Of a stretch of DNA of 64,000 nt, positions 61,549 through 64,000 are shown piece by piece. Below the pieces are notes generated by a model, which had not been told where the DNA came from, searched no databases, and saw only the letters and a list, made by a program, of their open reading frames with translations. The DNA is taken from the NCBI GenBank assembly GCA_030390025.1, contig CM059429.1, positions 102,610,001 through 102,674,000 on the forward strand, read 5' to 3'. This DNA is from Squalus acanthias (Eukaryota). Position numbers and translations under genes: made by a program. Positions within the stretch are counted from its first letter, which is position 1, and the number at the start of each line of letters is the position of its first letter.

Positions 61549-64000
61549 CTACAGCTTAAGGTGTCTTACATGATGCGCAAAGCCTGAAGATCTTAAAAGA
61601 TTGCATTGAGTTCAACCTAAACTAGATGAGCTCTCACAGGGTTAACGGGTTTCATTAGGAAGATTACGTTCATGCGGATCAAATCTGATAATACGGTACT
61701 GCTCAATCTACTTTCCCATAAAGATCGAGGAAGAGGACAGCTTCACTGTTTGGATTGTCCCACAAACTGCCTGTAACTCTCTGAATTCCCCCCCCGGAGA
61801 AGACATTCTCCCCCCACGGTTAATCTGATGCGTTCGTTGGGTTTCACTAGCAGCGCTGAATGAACATTATGTTTGCACTGGTCTAGTCCAAATCTCCAGG
61901 GTCATAGTTGCCTTTAAACCCAGCAATGAGAGGTGGGAGCTATAATCTGAGCCAAGGCTGGAATTAATTAGAGAGATGAAAAGAAAAACCCCCCACAAAT
62001 GCTGCAAATCTAAAGTGAAAGCAGAAAACTCTGGAAATACACAGCAGGTTGAACACAGCTGAAAGGTTAATCGTTCTTTCTCCTTCACGTGTTGATTGAC
62101 CAGTTTTTTCTGTTTTGACGCTGGAATAAATAAATTTGCATGGTTCACACGACATTTTCACAGGCAGCTTCTCGCTATTGTGAAAGATGTGGAAATGATT
62201 TTTCCCCCCCCTTTCCAATGATATTTGTCCGTGGGATTTAAAAGAAAAACTGATGCAATTTGAATCTTTAAATTTAAGATTTACATTTCTTACATTAAAG
62301 AAAGTCATCTGATTTAACCTCATGAGCTCGCAAACAAACGATAAGCATTTGTTCTGTGGCTGAGTGGCTGTTTCCCCATACGATGCTCTCTTTTTTTTTC
62401 AAAAAAGGATTTTATTAAATCAGCAGTAGATTTCAGTCTGGCCATGGCTATTTGATCCATTTGAACATCCGCCTGAGAAAGCTCGTTTTTCTATCCCGTC
62501 TGCAATAGTGACCACAAAGAGATCAAACAGGACTCGACTGTGCCATACTGCTGTGCTGCAGCGTGCTGGGAAACAGGACTGGCTTTCTGAAGAACGCTCC
62601 TTTATTACTGAAAAGGGAAGTAGTTCACCTCGTCCGCCGACCGTGTACAGCAGGACTGAAATCTCGGCACAATTCATTTCTGCTGAACTGATTCATGACT
62701 AGATATAAAATCGAGCAATTTCACAGACCCATTCCAACGAGCAAAATTCACATTCCTTGTTGCTTCTTTATGTAGAAAATGATGGGGAGTGTAGGGGTGG
62801 GGTGGGGGGGAGAAGTATTTCAAACACTATTTAGCCAAAGGTACACATACATATTTACACTCTCCCAATGATTTGCAATCCAAACTAAACCTTTCAACAG
62901 TGCCTACTTAAAACAAGCTACTGGGTACCACTATTCATAATATTCTTTTTTCAAAAAAGAACCAAGGACAAATAATTAAAAAAAATAATAATGTAATGAA
63001 TAAAAGCTTTTCTGGTTTAGGGAGCCTGACTTCATAGCTTCTGATCTTGATCCCAATTTGCGGTTAAAGGCAAAGTATGTAATTTGGAAGAGCAATGAAC
63101 GCCACAAATAATAATGCTGGTTTTGTAGCCTCTAAATATGGCTTTAAATAGCACTTGGCTTTAGTGTCGAACTCTGCAGTTAATTAAACTGTTCTGCAGT
63201 AACAGCTTAAATTATTATGCATTATCGTTTACAAGACGTTATCAAGTTAATTTTCCGCTGCCCCGTCGCCCGCGCCAGTTGCCGGGCAACCACAGCGCTC
63301 CACAGAGCACAGCACCTGGCAAGGCCTCATGTTGCCCGAATTTGCTGTCCTCAGGTAATCAGCATAGCCCGTGGGTACCCCTAAGCACAGGCCCATTCCT
63401 GGCAGGTGCTGCGAACTGGAGGCAACATCAGGAGCAAGCCCTCCTGCCTCGCTTCCCGAGCAACGCTGGGCCTACGCCTATTGGAGCCAATAGGCCCAGA
63501 TGCACTCATTGAGAGTGAAATCCCGTGGCAACGTGGGGGGGGGTGGGTGAAGACCTGGCATAGTGGGTCCTCCATCCTCTTTCCTCTCCGTCCATCCCCC
63601 TTTTCTCGCAGCACATGGGAACTGAGCATTTCTCAATGGCCTCAATGAGGACAATCGTGCCTTATAGGTTAAGAACGTACAGATGTGGTGCACGTAATAG
63701 TGGCGAGATTTCAATTTCCATTTCCTGAAGGCCTATGTCCATTGCTATTTTGAGCTGCACTTTGCAGCTTGAACAGATGCATCATGAAGCTCTCAGACTA
63801 TGTGGAGGCCCCAATGTCGCAAGATCCCAATCCACCTCCTCACTAGATTTCCCGGATTCAGACACGTACTTCCCCTAGTGACCACATAAACCTGGCCAGG
63901 AACCAAACATTCCTAATAGACCAGCAGCAGGAAGCCGGTCACTCAGAACCAGGAATGGTCAAATTCAATCCAATTCAAGCACTCAAGAAAAAAAAAACCC

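Overview
Vertebrate genomic DNA, almost certainly from a cartilaginous fish (shark). The window is the body of one minus-strand gene, the proteolipid-family member gpm6b (shark DM-gamma). Five internal coding exons (31364-31550, 27262-27418, 21565-21736, 10315-10388, 10056-10121) splice in frame with GT-AG boundaries. They join either of two alternative terminal exons, 7513-7593 (...EDCCTKF*) or 1280-1432 (...KERLNSYT*). The start-codon exon was not found with confidence and may lie beyond 64000. The introns are packed with repeats: CR1 and L2 LINE fragments, Deu-domain tRNA-SINEs, hAT, PIF/Harbinger and Tc1/mariner-type MITEs with readable TIRs and TSDs, and four minisatellites plus one degenerate array. 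The most notable non-obvious signal is a family of short Penelope-like elements carrying minimal type-I hammerhead ribozyme cores. One core is intact on the antisense strand, one pair is head-to-head and mutated, and one sense-strand copy is split exactly at its GUU cleavage triplet by a Harbinger-like insertion. Other oddities are a 360-bp near-perfect fold-back, a CCAAT-rich higher-order minisatellite born inside a hAT MITE, and a templated inverted insertion inside a SINE. All calls come from reading the sequence; no searches were run.
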